Origin: Yuukianura sp. NJ FZ-2021
Lineage: Eukaryota
DNA: 64,000 nt
Reading direction: 5' to 3'
Assembly (NCBI GenBank): GCA_046563655.1
Contig: CM102286.1
Location: forward strand, 12,276,001 to 12,340,000
Positions within the stretch are counted from its first letter, which is position 1. Every line of letters begins with the position of its first letter. Shown here piece by piece: positions 1 through 12,400 of the stretch. The position numbers were made by a program, and so were the translations under genes. The notes beneath the pieces are model-generated. The model did not search any database and had not been told where the DNA came from. It was given only the letters and a program-made list of their open reading frames with translations.

Positions 1-3000
1 ACCTTCCAGGGTCCACTTGGAACTTCGTACAATCCGGTTCACTGCAATTACGTACAGCATAGGCGATTGGAGCAATTGTCCATGCAATTCCGAGTCCCAA
101 GAAGACGTTGACCGCGTTACTTCCAGTGACGTTTCCAATTGAAGCATCCGCATATTCGTCTTGGACAGCAGACACTTTACTTGCAAATGTATCTAAGGGT
201 GAACAAAATTCAATTGTTAAATTTAATCAATACAAACCAGCGTGCTACGTATGCTTGCTGGGGCTTCGCGCAAGTACCGTTCAAACGTCCTAATTTTTTA
301 GGATAACAATTAATTTTTTCCAAAAGTAATACACTAGGAAGTTGGAATATGCCATAATGTTTTTAAAAAAAACATAACTTTAGAAGATCTTAGTTTCTCA
401 TAAATGAGGAAGTGAAGTTTTTAGAGTTTTCCGGAACTCCGATACGCCGTTACAGAACCGGAATTACATCTCCCCTATAACTTCTCACTAGTATAGAACA
501 GATTAATTCTTAACTTTAATGTTACCTGGAATACTGGTCCCAACAGCTACAAAAGTAATTGCGGTAATAGAGTCCTTCAAACCAACGGTACAACCAAAGT
601 GACCTGCTATATCACCAATGATCTAAGGAAATCAATTTTTTATGTTTAAAAAAATCAAAAAATTCAGATAATTTTTTTTTTCAAATTCTAAGTTTTTTTT
701 GGCAGTTACCGCAGTCATCACTCCGATAACCAGAATGGAAACGACGAAAGCCACGTACCCACCGCACATGTCTACAAATCATATTTTAGAACACCAATCG
801 TTTCCGGACGTGTTCAATTGAAAAGGAATTTTACCCGCGGGGGGAACAAAAGCTGCGAGAATTTTCCAAAACAGAGTTAAGAAATGCAGGATGTATTCGC
901 CAAATGAAGGATACGTTATTGGTTTTTCGGTTTCCTCGTCGCCATCTCCCTCGTCTCCGCCATCTTTATCGTCAGAAGCAAAAAGAACCAAGTTGAGAAC
1001 AATTTAAATCAGTTGCAATGGAGTACAAGAGCTTACCATCGTCATCTCCTCCAACTGTTAATGCTTCGATGAATTGGCCTTTCCAGGTAGATTTGCCAAC
1101 AACTAGCTTTGCATTGGCACGCTGAAGCAACTTGTCAATCGTCCCCTAGAAAACAAATTCAAACCTTAAATCGAACAATGTTGGTTGTAAGTTTTAATTT
1201 TCAATCCGACAAGAATTTGACCTTGAACTGTTTGCTTTCGGTCAGCCGAATCTGCGTTCTTGAATCTGGACCAAGTTTTGGCCAACCTTCGGCTGCAATC
1301 AGTTCAGGCTTGTTCATGTCTTCCTTCTTCTTTGCTTGCGGTTGTACCATTGGAGCGTCATTTGCTGCAAAAACGACAAATTTTAGTCAGAATACTAGAT
1401 ACTTCCAGTATATTACTCGGAATCCTTACCATCCAAAGGAACAGCTTTCGAAAGTTGGACATAAAAGAGAACATCTTTCTCGTAAGTATCTTCGTTGATT
1501 ATAGGAATCTCCAGCGATTTTCTATAAAAAAAACTTGTTTTAACAACTCTGAATGAAGACACATAACGTTTGAAATTGTTATTTTTCAGTAATTTCATGT
1601 TTACTCTGTTTCACCGTTACGGAAAATGACCTTCCCACGAACGGATTCGTAGTCCTTACCAGCCTTGGCAGTTCCGTCAACAGTGTGATAGCTAACCTGA
1701 ACTGAACCATTAGCTCCAACCCAACGCTTGACCTTGACTACCACTGTACCAACGGATTCCGTAGCCGCGATATCTTTGTCCCGAAAACTGAATACACCAC
1801 AATGGTCATCATCCAAAATTACAACAGTGGCGGACCAAGGTTGGATCAGTTGGACTTCTTCCGTTTTCCCAGCAGCGGTGTAACCTAACAGCCCAGCCAG
1901 TTTTCCAGGAGTTCGAGGCTGGCCAAATCTTGGTCGACTCAAGTGGATGTAGAAGTGTTCGTCTTCTTCAAATACGTCGTCATCAAAAATCTAATGTCAA
2001 AACAAGGTTACACAGATAGATTTTTAAGCTAAATTAGCAACAATTAAAATGGCCGAAGTAATACTTACAGTCTCTCATTGTACCACCTCGGTGTTAAAAC
2101 TAAGCGTAAACCCCCCTATCGTATCCCTTTGGTGGCAAATTGAGTCTCATTCTACCCCCAGGTTTGGTAAACATTGGTTTAATGACCTGACGTACGTTGC
2201 TGGACATAACTTAAATTTTGGATTTTTGAATTTCCAGCGACAGATTTGTGTAGGCGATACAATGAGGGACCATAAGTCTTATTTCAACCGTTAAAATTGT
2301 TCACCTTGATTTTGATCGTCTTGTGCGTTTCTCCCGGTGAGAATGTCAAAGTACCGCTAGTCGGGGCATAATCGGAATCTGCTGATGCTGAGCCGTCTTG
2401 CGTTTGGTAGTCAACCATCACAACATGATTCAAATCCCCGCCACGCCGACGTACCGTGACATCAAATGTGTCCACACTCTCCAATACAGTATAATGGCCC
2501 GGGTTAAAGTAAACCCCAGTGACATTCGGTGGCAAAGGCTCTTCTACTTCTGACTTCCGACCCTCCGCATTCGATAATAAATTCGACACAGATAGGTTAG
2601 ATTTTGAAAAAACTCCAGGTTCCTTAATCAACTTCCGGGTAACTTGCATTCTGTAGAATGCTCGACTCTTTGGTCCTCGTTTATAGATTTCTTCTTTCGT
2701 TAGTTGTTCCAATTCTTCGGGAGTTCGATGAGGAAACTTCTGACGTAACTTTCGTAGGAGGTGGATGTAGTCGCGACGGGATTGTTCAAAATCTCGAACT
2801 TTCTCATCGGATGACTCCTCTGCAAAGGTGTGCATATCGTGCGTAGAATCAGCTTCGAAACTCACACGTTCTCCTGCGATAATGACTCCACGTTTGTCCA
2901 GCCGAAAAGCTGTGTTCCTCCTCCTCCAGGACTTGTAAATGCGCCGATCAGCGAAATACGCTGTGGCCACCGTCAGCGGAAAAAAGAGAAACGTAAGTAC

Positions 3001-3795
3001 TCCTTCCCAGATATCGACGACTCCTGTAGAACATAAAGCACATAATGAAGTTACAAATAAAGTTAAATCTTAGTTAAAACTCATACAATAACTACTAAAC
3101 ATTGATTCAAACCTGGAGTAATGACTTTGAGGATCAGGAAGAGCCAAATGTAAGCAAAGACTGACCAAGTTGCAGTGACGAAGAAGACGTTCAAATGTTT
3201 GATTGATCGAATTTCGCCGTCCGGAATAACTGAAATACAAATGCCAATGATACAAAACAGATTGAATGCTGCAGATCCGACGATCGTTCCAGGTCCAAGT
3301 TCGCCCGAAGATTCGAATTGTCCCTTCAACACTTTCCCTGAGATTTCGATAACAGAGAGCAGAATTTCTGGAGCAGATGATCCGAGAGCCATCAAGGTCA
3401 AATTCGCCACAGTTTCTGAAAAATACGAGTTCCAACGTTTATTTTATTTTTAATTGAAGTAAAAAGTTCATCGTTTTACCGTTCCAAACTCGGGCGACGA
3501 CAATTTGCGTATTTCCACCCGGTCGTTTGATCTTGACTTCCGTTTCTTTGGATGTGATGACCTCAATGGCTCCCATGAAACGATCCGACATTATGGAAAC
3601 GCCAAGGAAAAGGTATATCATGGCCAAGAAATATGCGAATCCACGCATGGCCGTTTCCATCTTGGATAGTTTTTCCTGCGGTGTCCAAACAGGGAGAACC
3701 AGTCCAGGTTGACATTTGGCTCCATCTACACAGTCAAAAAGTGAAACTGAAAGTGTCACTAGTAAGAGTGACACAACAATGTTGAGTGCTGCCAT
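1..3795 (-). CDS. Na+/Ca2+ exchanger (NCX/SLC8, Calx-like) paralog A; multi-exon, last exon lies off the left edge of the window
   Basis: ATG at 3795 ([12 protein letters not shown]..., signal-peptide like). Alpha-1 repeat [10 protein letters not shown] (3081..3410 ORF), Calx-beta domains (2284..2970, 1601..1942), alpha-2 repeat GTSIP|D and [18 protein letters not shown] introns keep frame where checked. Confidence 0.93.
2066..2274. mobile_element. Degenerate MITE (CAGT...CTCATTG end type) inside an NCX-A intron
   Basis: Imperfect inverted ends tacagtctctcattgtaccacct / aggcgatacaatgagggaccata, similar to the ends at 14640 and 24819. Confidence 0.45.
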
Positions 3796-4068
3796 CGCTG
3801 GTGACACAAGTTCGGCCTTATTGTGCCCTGAAATGGAACAAATTCCGAATTCGGACCAATGATACTCGCTGACGACGGAAATAAAAATGACTTGTTTGAT
3901 GATTTTTTCTAGCCAAAAAGGTTCAAGGTAAACAAAAACAAACAAAGTTTGATTTGCGCCGTGGCAACCTTGGCAATCAAGAGTAACTTTTGAAAAGGCA
4001 TTCCGTACCCGCGATTTCTCAAACATGTTTTTATTTTTTGAAAATGTCGCTAATTTATTTCCAGAAAG

Positions 4069-7000
4069 TCAGAAACCTCCGATGATATCATAAGCTTCAA
4101 GGCTGGACAAGACAACATAGAAAATCCAAAGGAAAGCGAAGAGAATTGCAGTGGGGTATTTGTATCTTGCCGGTCCTCCCAACTCTCCACCCCCAAACAC
4201 TCTGAAGCGTCTGATCATCATCACCGTGATGCCAAGCACGGCACATGCGCAGAACACAGACACGGAAAATGCAAGGCTAAAATGCAAACATTGATTAGTA
4301 CTTAAGATGTTTCAAAAACGTTTTTAAGACGTTTTAGAAAACTAGTAAATGAGTATCACCTTCCGGGATCAACTTTGAAGACATCACAGTCTGGAATTTC
4401 AGCGGTGCATGTTTTAAATGCCTTCACAATTGCCGCCAATGTCCAAGCAATTCCAATTCCCAGAAAAACGTTGACAGCATTACTGCCAGTAACATTCCCA
4501 ACGGATGCATCGGCATACGGATCCTGAACTGCTGCCACTTTACTTGCAAAAGTATCTAAAAAATTAAGCTTCAAATTACCATTCTCATTGGAGCACACCA
4601 CGAAAGCTTCGGTTTTCGAGCAAATTTTTATGCACTAATCAGTTAAATGGGTAAAATAAAATTTTGAACAAAAATTTTGAAAATTTGAACCAACTTACCA
4701 GGGACGCTTGTTCCTAAAGCTACAAAAACGATTGCAGTAACAGAGTCGTGGAGACCAACTGTACATCCAAGGTGGGATGCAATATCTATAGAAATTAATT
4801 AATATTTTTAATAATTTGTTATAATTTATAGTAATTAGAAAGTGCAATTTAGGTTTTAACTTGAGTGTTAATGGTTTACCTCCAATGAAAGCCGTTAGAA
4901 CGCCAATGACGACAATGGACACGACAAATGTCAAGTAGCCATCCCAAATGCCTGCAACATTAAAAAATTTATTGAAATTAATATTTTGAATTTCAAGTTA
5001 ATTTTTTGAATAATTTTTGAAATTCAAACATTACTTGTTGGAGGAACAAAAGCAAACAGAACCTTCCAGAACACAGTTAAGATATGAATAACGTAATCTC
5101 CAATCGTGGGTGGCTTCCGCTCGCCGCCTTCCTCTTCCTCGTCTCCTGTTACAACAGAATTTCAAAATTTCAGAATTTTTAATTTTTTATTCAACATTTT
5201 TTCAAAAAAAAGAAGAAAAAACTGGTGTGACCTGTGTCCAGTGTAACGGCGTCGATGAACTGTTCTTTCCACGAGTTAGTTCCAACTGCGGCCGTAGTGA
5301 TGTTTTTTTGAAGAAGGTGGTCAACAGCGCTCTAAACATTTAAAAAAACAAAGTTTTTAGAAAATGTTAAGTTCTTGTTTTGAAAAAAAAAAGCTTGCCT
5401 TGAACGCTGGGCTTTCTTTGATTCGAATTGCAGCTCGTGTTTTAGCTCCTAGTTTTGGCCAACCTTGAGCCGCAATTTGATCGTCTTTGGTCCTGATATG
5501 TGTAGGCAGTTGCATAGGAGTTTCATTTTCTAAAAAAAAATTGAAAAAAATCTTGAAAACGAAAAGCCAAAATTGTTGAAATTTCGACAATAATTTTCAC
5601 AATGTCAATTGTTTGTGGCGTACCGTTCAATGGAATCGGTTCCAAAATCTCTACGTAAAAGTCAACATCTTTCTCGTACGTATTTCGTTCAAGTATTTGA
5701 ATGGAAATTACTTTCCTAAAATTCGAAATAAAACCAATCAAAAAATATCAAAATTTCAATTCTCGTTGGAAAATTTTTTCAAAATTGAAAACTTACTCAA
5801 CTTCATTGTCTTCAAATTTGATTTTTCCTTCAACATGTTCGTAGTCCGAACCCTCCTTTGCAGTACCTTTTATCGTCCGATACGGAATCAAAACTTTACC
5901 GCGCGCACCACTGGCACGTCCAACTTTAACTTCCAGAATACCAACCGATTCGGTTGTTTCAATTTCCGTTTCCGGGAGATAAAACATTCCCATGAAATCA
6001 TCATCTACAATCGTCACAGTCGCAGATGAAGCCGTTCCAAGTTCAACTTTTTGCGCCGTCGCTGATCCGTCACTGCTCAAACCGTTTCTGTCACTCGCTA
6101 GTCTTGCATTGCTCAACCTGATGAAAAAATGTTCATCTTCTTCAAAAACATCATCATCCAACACTTCCATTATAATTTCCTTGACATTTTCATGTGGACC
6201 GAATGTCAACGTCCCACTGTGTGGAATGTAGTCATTGTTTGCCGAAGCAGTTCCATCTGCCGTAGCATAGTCAACTAAAACCGTTTCTTTTGAGTTCCCG
6301 CCTTGCCGAATCACTGTTACCGCAAAAGCACCAACATTTTCCATGACAGTGTAGCGATCTGGACTAAAGGAAATGGAAATCGTTTGGTCCGACAAACTCT
6401 TGGCATCTTCATGGGGAGATACCAAGGTGTATGGACTTTCCTGTTGTAATGCTTTATGTAACTTCTTGTTCAAATTTTGACTGTTGACAAGTTTTCTTGT
6501 TGCTTGGATACGATAGAAGGCTCTGCTTTTTGGCGCTCTGTTGAAAATCTCCTCTCGAGCAAGAACTTCCAGTGACTCCAGATCCATATTGGGATGTTTG
6601 TCTTGTAATTCCCAGAGGAGTGCAGCATATTGCTTTCGATTTTGCTCAAATTGCTTAATATCAGCGTCTTCTATGTCACTTAGAACGTCGGTTCCTTCAA
6701 GCGGCATTCCAAGTTCAGTATTGGCTTCAGTTTCAACAATGACGCCACGTTTGTTGAGTCGATAACTTTTGGTCAGTTTGTCCAATTTGAGCAGTTTCTT
6801 GTCAGCGACGAAGGCAGTGAGGACGGTGGCAAAGAAAAACAAAAATGTCACCATTCCCTCCCACACTTCAACGATGCCTGGAAATTCAAGATACCGTTTT
6901 CCGAATAACAACAATGCCGAAAATATTTTTTCAAACATTAGCTTAATTTCTAATGATTGACAGATTTTAGACTATTCTCACCTGGACTAATGACCTTGAG

Positions 7001-7898
7001 AATGACGAGAAGCCAAACGTAAGCAAAAAGTGACCAAGAGCAGGTCACGATAAAGACGCGGAGATGCTTGATCTTGCGTACTTCGCCGCTTGGAATTGCA
7101 ACAATGCAAATGGCAATGATGATGAAGAAGTTAAACGCTGCAGAGCCAACAATCGTTCCTAATAGAATTTGAAAAAAAATAGGTTACAACTCAAAGTCTA
7201 GCTTTTGTTTTGAATTTTTGAAGACCCAAAAACCAGAATGGCATCTCCATCTTGTGGAATGACGTCACCCATTTTTCAAAATTTTGAAATTTTACTACAA
7301 AATTTTGTTTTGGTTACACACCAGGTCCAAGCTCTCCAGCCTCAAAATCTTTCCCAACAATTTCAATAACGGAAAGCAAAATTTCCGGAGCAGAGGAGCC
7401 CAAGGCCATCAGCGTCAAATTTGCAACGGTTTCTAAAGAATTGGAAAAAATTTAAAAATTTGCAGTCAAAACTTTTTATGCTGAGATAACATAAAAGATT
7501 TGGGTCAAGAAATATATGATTTCTGGAGTCTTTTCGTTTGTCATTTTTTTTATTCTCTCCAAATTTTGTTACATTTTTTTTGTTCACAATTTCTTACCAT
7601 TCCAAACCCGTACTGTAACAGGTTGAGAAGATTTTTTGAGTTTGATTTCTTTTTGTTTTGAAGTAATTACTTCAATTGCTCCCATAAATCTATCAGAAAT
7701 CACTGAAACTCCAATAAACATGTACAGAAGAGCCACAAAATACACCGCCCCACGACCTATGACCTCCCAAGTACTCAAGTCCTCTTGTGGTTCCCACGCT
7801 GGCAAAATCAGTCCCGGTTGGCATTCAATTCCATAAGCAGGGGTCAAAAAAGTAAGGAGTGCCAAGGTCAATGACCCCAACCAGGTCACTCGCATCAT
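4069..7898 (-). CDS. Na+/Ca2+ exchanger (NCX/SLC8) paralog B, complete, multi-exon
   Basis: ATG 7898 ([12 protein letters not shown]...[13 protein letters not shown]), GSSAPE, two Calx-beta domains in ORF 5793..6938, [17 protein letters not shown]-terminal GGELGGP...IGGF* with stop at 4069-4071. AATAAA immediately downstream. One GC-AG intron, 5332-5398. Confidence 0.95.
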
Positions 7899-8540
7899 GG
7901 TGGCGACACTTTGTCTTTTGACTGCGTCTGCGACAGCTTCACTGAAACTTTACTATTTGATTCCTCTGGTCTTTGTCACACAAAACCTCACGTCTCAGAT
8001 CCACTTATTAGTTAGAAGCTCTTTGTAAATTTTGATTGTCCAGCAGTTCTAAAGTTGATGTTTAGCAGTTCATGAATTGGTTAAGTTACCACCTAATTTG
8101 AGAGAGCAAAAACTACAAAAGAAGTAACTATTGGAACCGACTCTGATTTTGGCACTAATAGTTCGTTTCTGCTAACCACAAATTGAATAAACCTTCCGAC
8201 TCAACCAAACCAACTTCATCAACTTCGGCCTTGATTTTTCCGCTTGACCAGTTTCAGATCTCAAAATTCCAGTAACATTTTTTTGAATTTTTTTGAAGAG
8301 CAGTCTGGAAGGCTTAATTTTGCATGTCCTTTGATCATTACATTTTTTGAGCGCATCTTCTATTGTTTCTTTGGCTTTAACACATAACCTGTAAGGTCAA
8401 CCGGCCAATTCAAAACTTTTTCCAATACTAAATCCTGTCAGTCCAGTTTTTGCTCATGGGTCGCTCAATCAGTTCTGATAAGTAAATTGGTAAATTGGTA
8501 AACTCCTTTTGCACGATTACTATAATCTAGTTTTCTATTT

Positions 8541-8840
8541 ATTAAGCAGCGAACGCTACTTTATGAATTTACCTTATCTGTCTGTCTGTCCGTCCGATGG
8601 CGGCAGCTTGTATGTTATGTGAGAATGTAAGGATATTTATGTAAGAAACAATTCAACATTTCCTGAATCCGTTCTCACTATCCAATAGCATGCGACCTGG
8701 TGATGTTCACTATTGAATCCCTCTGGGTCAAAGGTCAACTTTTCTTTGCTTTTTGCCCTTCATCAATAGTATGGTGCATTTACCGTAGTCATTCGCTAAT
8801 ACAGTTTCACCTTTCGCTACTTTCGTACACTCCAGTTTAC
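8541..8840 (+). mobile_element. Helentron-associated / DINE-1-like interspersed element, copy 1
   Basis: gctactttatg followed by a (TCTG/TCCG)n microsatellite. Blocks tcaacatttcctgaatccgtt, atgttcactattgaat and gggtcaaaggtcaa are colinear with the reverse complement of 23270-23632. Confidence 0.6.
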
Positions 8841-9427
8841 AACCGGTTTATTTTAGACCAACATTTAATTAAGGGAAACATGGAGAATTTAAACTTAGAG
8901 GGGAGACTAGAGTATTTACTATGTAATTGGTTTCTAGTTATGAGTATATTATTTTAAATTGAGGTACAATAATTTAGTTTAACATTTAATAATATAATCT
9001 GTACGAATAAAGGAGGGAATCCATGTTTTAGGATAATCATTTTGATGGACCACATAAATTTCAAAGTCAAAAGCCTCAAAGTCACATTGATCGATTGTTT
9101 TTTTGTCTAACCAAAAGTAGAAGGAACAATCAGGTAAGAATTCTTTACAAGGTGAAATTCCTAGTCCACAGAGAACATTTTTAAGTAACTTGTTTTTTTG
9201 TAATTTGAGTAAAGTGGATTGATGTCACCGCTCGATCCCTGTGAACCACACAAATTTTGTCCAATTAGGTAATATGTTTGCCAGCAATCTTGTTTTTAAT
9301 TTGTCTTGTTTTGGTTTCTGCATGCGTCAGCAAAACCGGTAGTTGAGTGCTAAAAATACTAAATTACTAAAAAAAATGGTAAAAGTACCTAAATGCTGGA
9401 TTTTGGCCATTTTGTCATTTGTTGTGT

Positions 9428-12400
9428 TTAAAATCCTTCAATGTAGTTATACGCTTCTAACGTGGACATTAAGACGTAGAAGACCCATAGACAAATGAAC
9501 AAACATGTAGTTATATACTTAAATTTGTTTGGCCCGCCAAGTTCACCTCCACCAAACCTTCGAGAGCGACGGACAAACATGACTGCTATGGCCACCACGG
9601 CGCAGGCGCAGAACAAGGTCACTGAGAATCCCAAGCTGAAATCACAACCAAACCATAAAAATTTCACCGAAAAATGTGTATTTCGATCAAATAAAATGTG
9701 AAATTCGACTTAAAGGAGCACATTTGACATTACTAAACACGAGGGCAAAAATTCAGGTCAAATTTTTTGTTTTTTGTTTGTTTGTTTTTTAAATTCATCA
9801 CCTGCCGGGAGGTACTATGAATCTCCTTTCGCAATCATTCTCGTCAGGACAAGATTTGAAGGCATGAAATACTGCTGCAATTGTCCAAGCAATTCCAATT
9901 CCAAGGAAAACATTGACAGCATTGCTTCCAGTTACATTCCCAATGGATGCATCCGCGTATTCGTCTTGGACTGCTGCCACTTTACTAGCAAACGTATCTA
10001 AAGTGTGACAAAAAGTTCAACAAAAATATTAAAAAAGTAACCATAATTTATTCTGGAAGCAACCACGGAAAACAACTTCTGCTTCTTTGGGAAATCTATA
10101 GCAAAAGCAACAGGTTTTCATGCAAGGATCATAAAAAGTGCACCACACTTTGAATAAGTAAGCGGCACTTTGAAAAAACCTTTGGAGCACTTTGTACTGA
10201 AACAGAAAATTGAATATCCCTTTGGCGTCACATCAATTCTTCCTGGACTTTGATTTTACTTTAGCATTTAAGCCAAAAAAAGTTAAAAGCAAAAGTTTTT
10301 TCCATTGGCACACTTACACTTTATAGTACCCTTGCATGACACCAAATTACTTAAAGTGAGCACGAAAAATGAGAAGTTGACCATGAAAAAAAGTTTGGAA
10401 AATGGTCATAAATCAGAACAAGGATGTGTATATTATTATTTACCTGGAACGCTGGTTCCTAAAGCTACAAATGCAATAGCTGTTACAGAATCGTGGAGAC
10501 CAATGGTACAGCCCAAGTGAGACGCAATGTCACCGATGAAAGCTGTGAGTATTCCGATTACCAGGATTGACACAACGAAAGTCAAGTATCCACCCAAAAT
10601 GTCTATGGACACAAAAATAACATTACAACGTAAGTGGAGCATTACGGTAACAAATTGGCTAACACTATTTTTCTAATTGTGGAACAACGTCGGACATTTA
10701 GCCTAAGATTTAAGTATTCATGAACGATTATAACATGGGAATTAGACCTAAAACGAAAACTTCTCAATGAGAAGCTTTCCATTTTCTTAGCCAAAACAGA
10801 ATTTTCCAAATTTTCCGAAATTGAAGAAACATTTTCCAGTTCCCGCAAGAAATTTTTGCAAACTGCAGAATTGGCAAGACAAAGGTCAACGTTAAGCCAA
10901 AATTGTTGCTCAAAATTGTTTTCAAAATTTGAGTTACAAAAAATATATTACTTTTCTACTAGAAATTCATGTAAAGCCTCAGTTTCTTGCGAGAGCTTAA
11001 AAAATGTCTGTTTTGAAATAATTTGTAAGAAGTGTTTTTAGAACCGAACTTTTCCAGAATTTTGAAAAGTTATTCCCTGGAGAAAGTTAAGGTTAAGACG
11101 TGCTCTGAAGTTTAAGTTTAATACAAAATTGTAATCCTAGAAAGCAATTTTGAAAATTTTGAAGAGTTTTTCCATACCTGTGGGTGGGACAAATGCGAAG
11201 AGGACTTTCCAGAAGATCGTTAGAAAATGCATGGCATAGTCTCCGCACGAAGGGCTTTTCATCTCATCATCATCGTCATCTCCTCCTTCAAAAAGAATTT
11301 CCAAAAAGCTTTACATAAATTGAACTTTGTATTTTCAAAATTCTGCAATTTTAGAGTAAAGGCGCTTTAGTTTCAATTATTTGTTGAACTATATGAAATT
11401 TTTATTCAAAAGTTGCGTTAAGAACCTGCGTTGACTGTGATGGCTTCCAAAAATTGTTCTTTCCATGAAGAAGTTCCGACCAGTAGGGAAGCATTGGCAC
11501 GTTGAAGAAGTTTGTCTACTGTGTTCTAAAAATTGAAAAAAAGATTGAAAAACTATAACTACCAACATTTTTTTTCAACTAACAATGAGTACTTTCTTCC
11601 AAGTAAATTTGCAAAATTGGAAACATTCTTTTTTAATTTCAACTCTGGGTTTCGGTTTTGAAAAATCCAATTTCCGTTATTACACTTTAGGTAGTAAGTA
11701 CAATCCAGTAAACTTCTTTTTGAATAAATTTTGGATATTATCTTTTTCCTTTTTGAATTGGTTTGTGAATTGAAGTATACTTTTTTTAGTAAAATTCGAC
11801 GAGAATAATATTCAGAAAAGGATTTCATATTTCAGTAAGCAGCTCTCCAATATCTAAAGGAATGGAATGAAAAAAGTTAAGTAAAAGTGAAAGTTTCCGG
11901 ACGTACTTTTTGGAAAAAAAAAGGAAGTGGACTTATTTTCGGTTTTAAACGTAGAGTTTTGCTTTCGCTGGCGGCACTAAAAATATTTTGACATTACTCA
12001 GACTTGGACGAGCACTTTTCCATTTTTCGAAAACATAAATAAAAGTTTAATGAAAAAAAACACGGCCAAGTAAAAAAAAATCTAAACTAACGATGCGATT
12101 TCAGTAGACTGAAAGAAAAGTTTTTTTTTTTGAATTTACGTAACAAACGACAAAGGGCAAACGATATGGATATACCAGTATCCATGAATCCATGTTTCAC
12201 AACATAAAGGTTGTTCTCATCAAAATGCTATGTAATCCGATACATTTTTTAAAAAACTGTTTCGCAACAAAATGCGATTGGCATTTTGAATAACTTTCAA
12301 ATTCAGGAGTTTCAGCAGCTCCTTGTTAAAAACTATTTCTGAACTTCTTTGTAATTCGGAGTTGCGTTACCTTGAATTCTTTACTTTCTTTGACGCGTAT

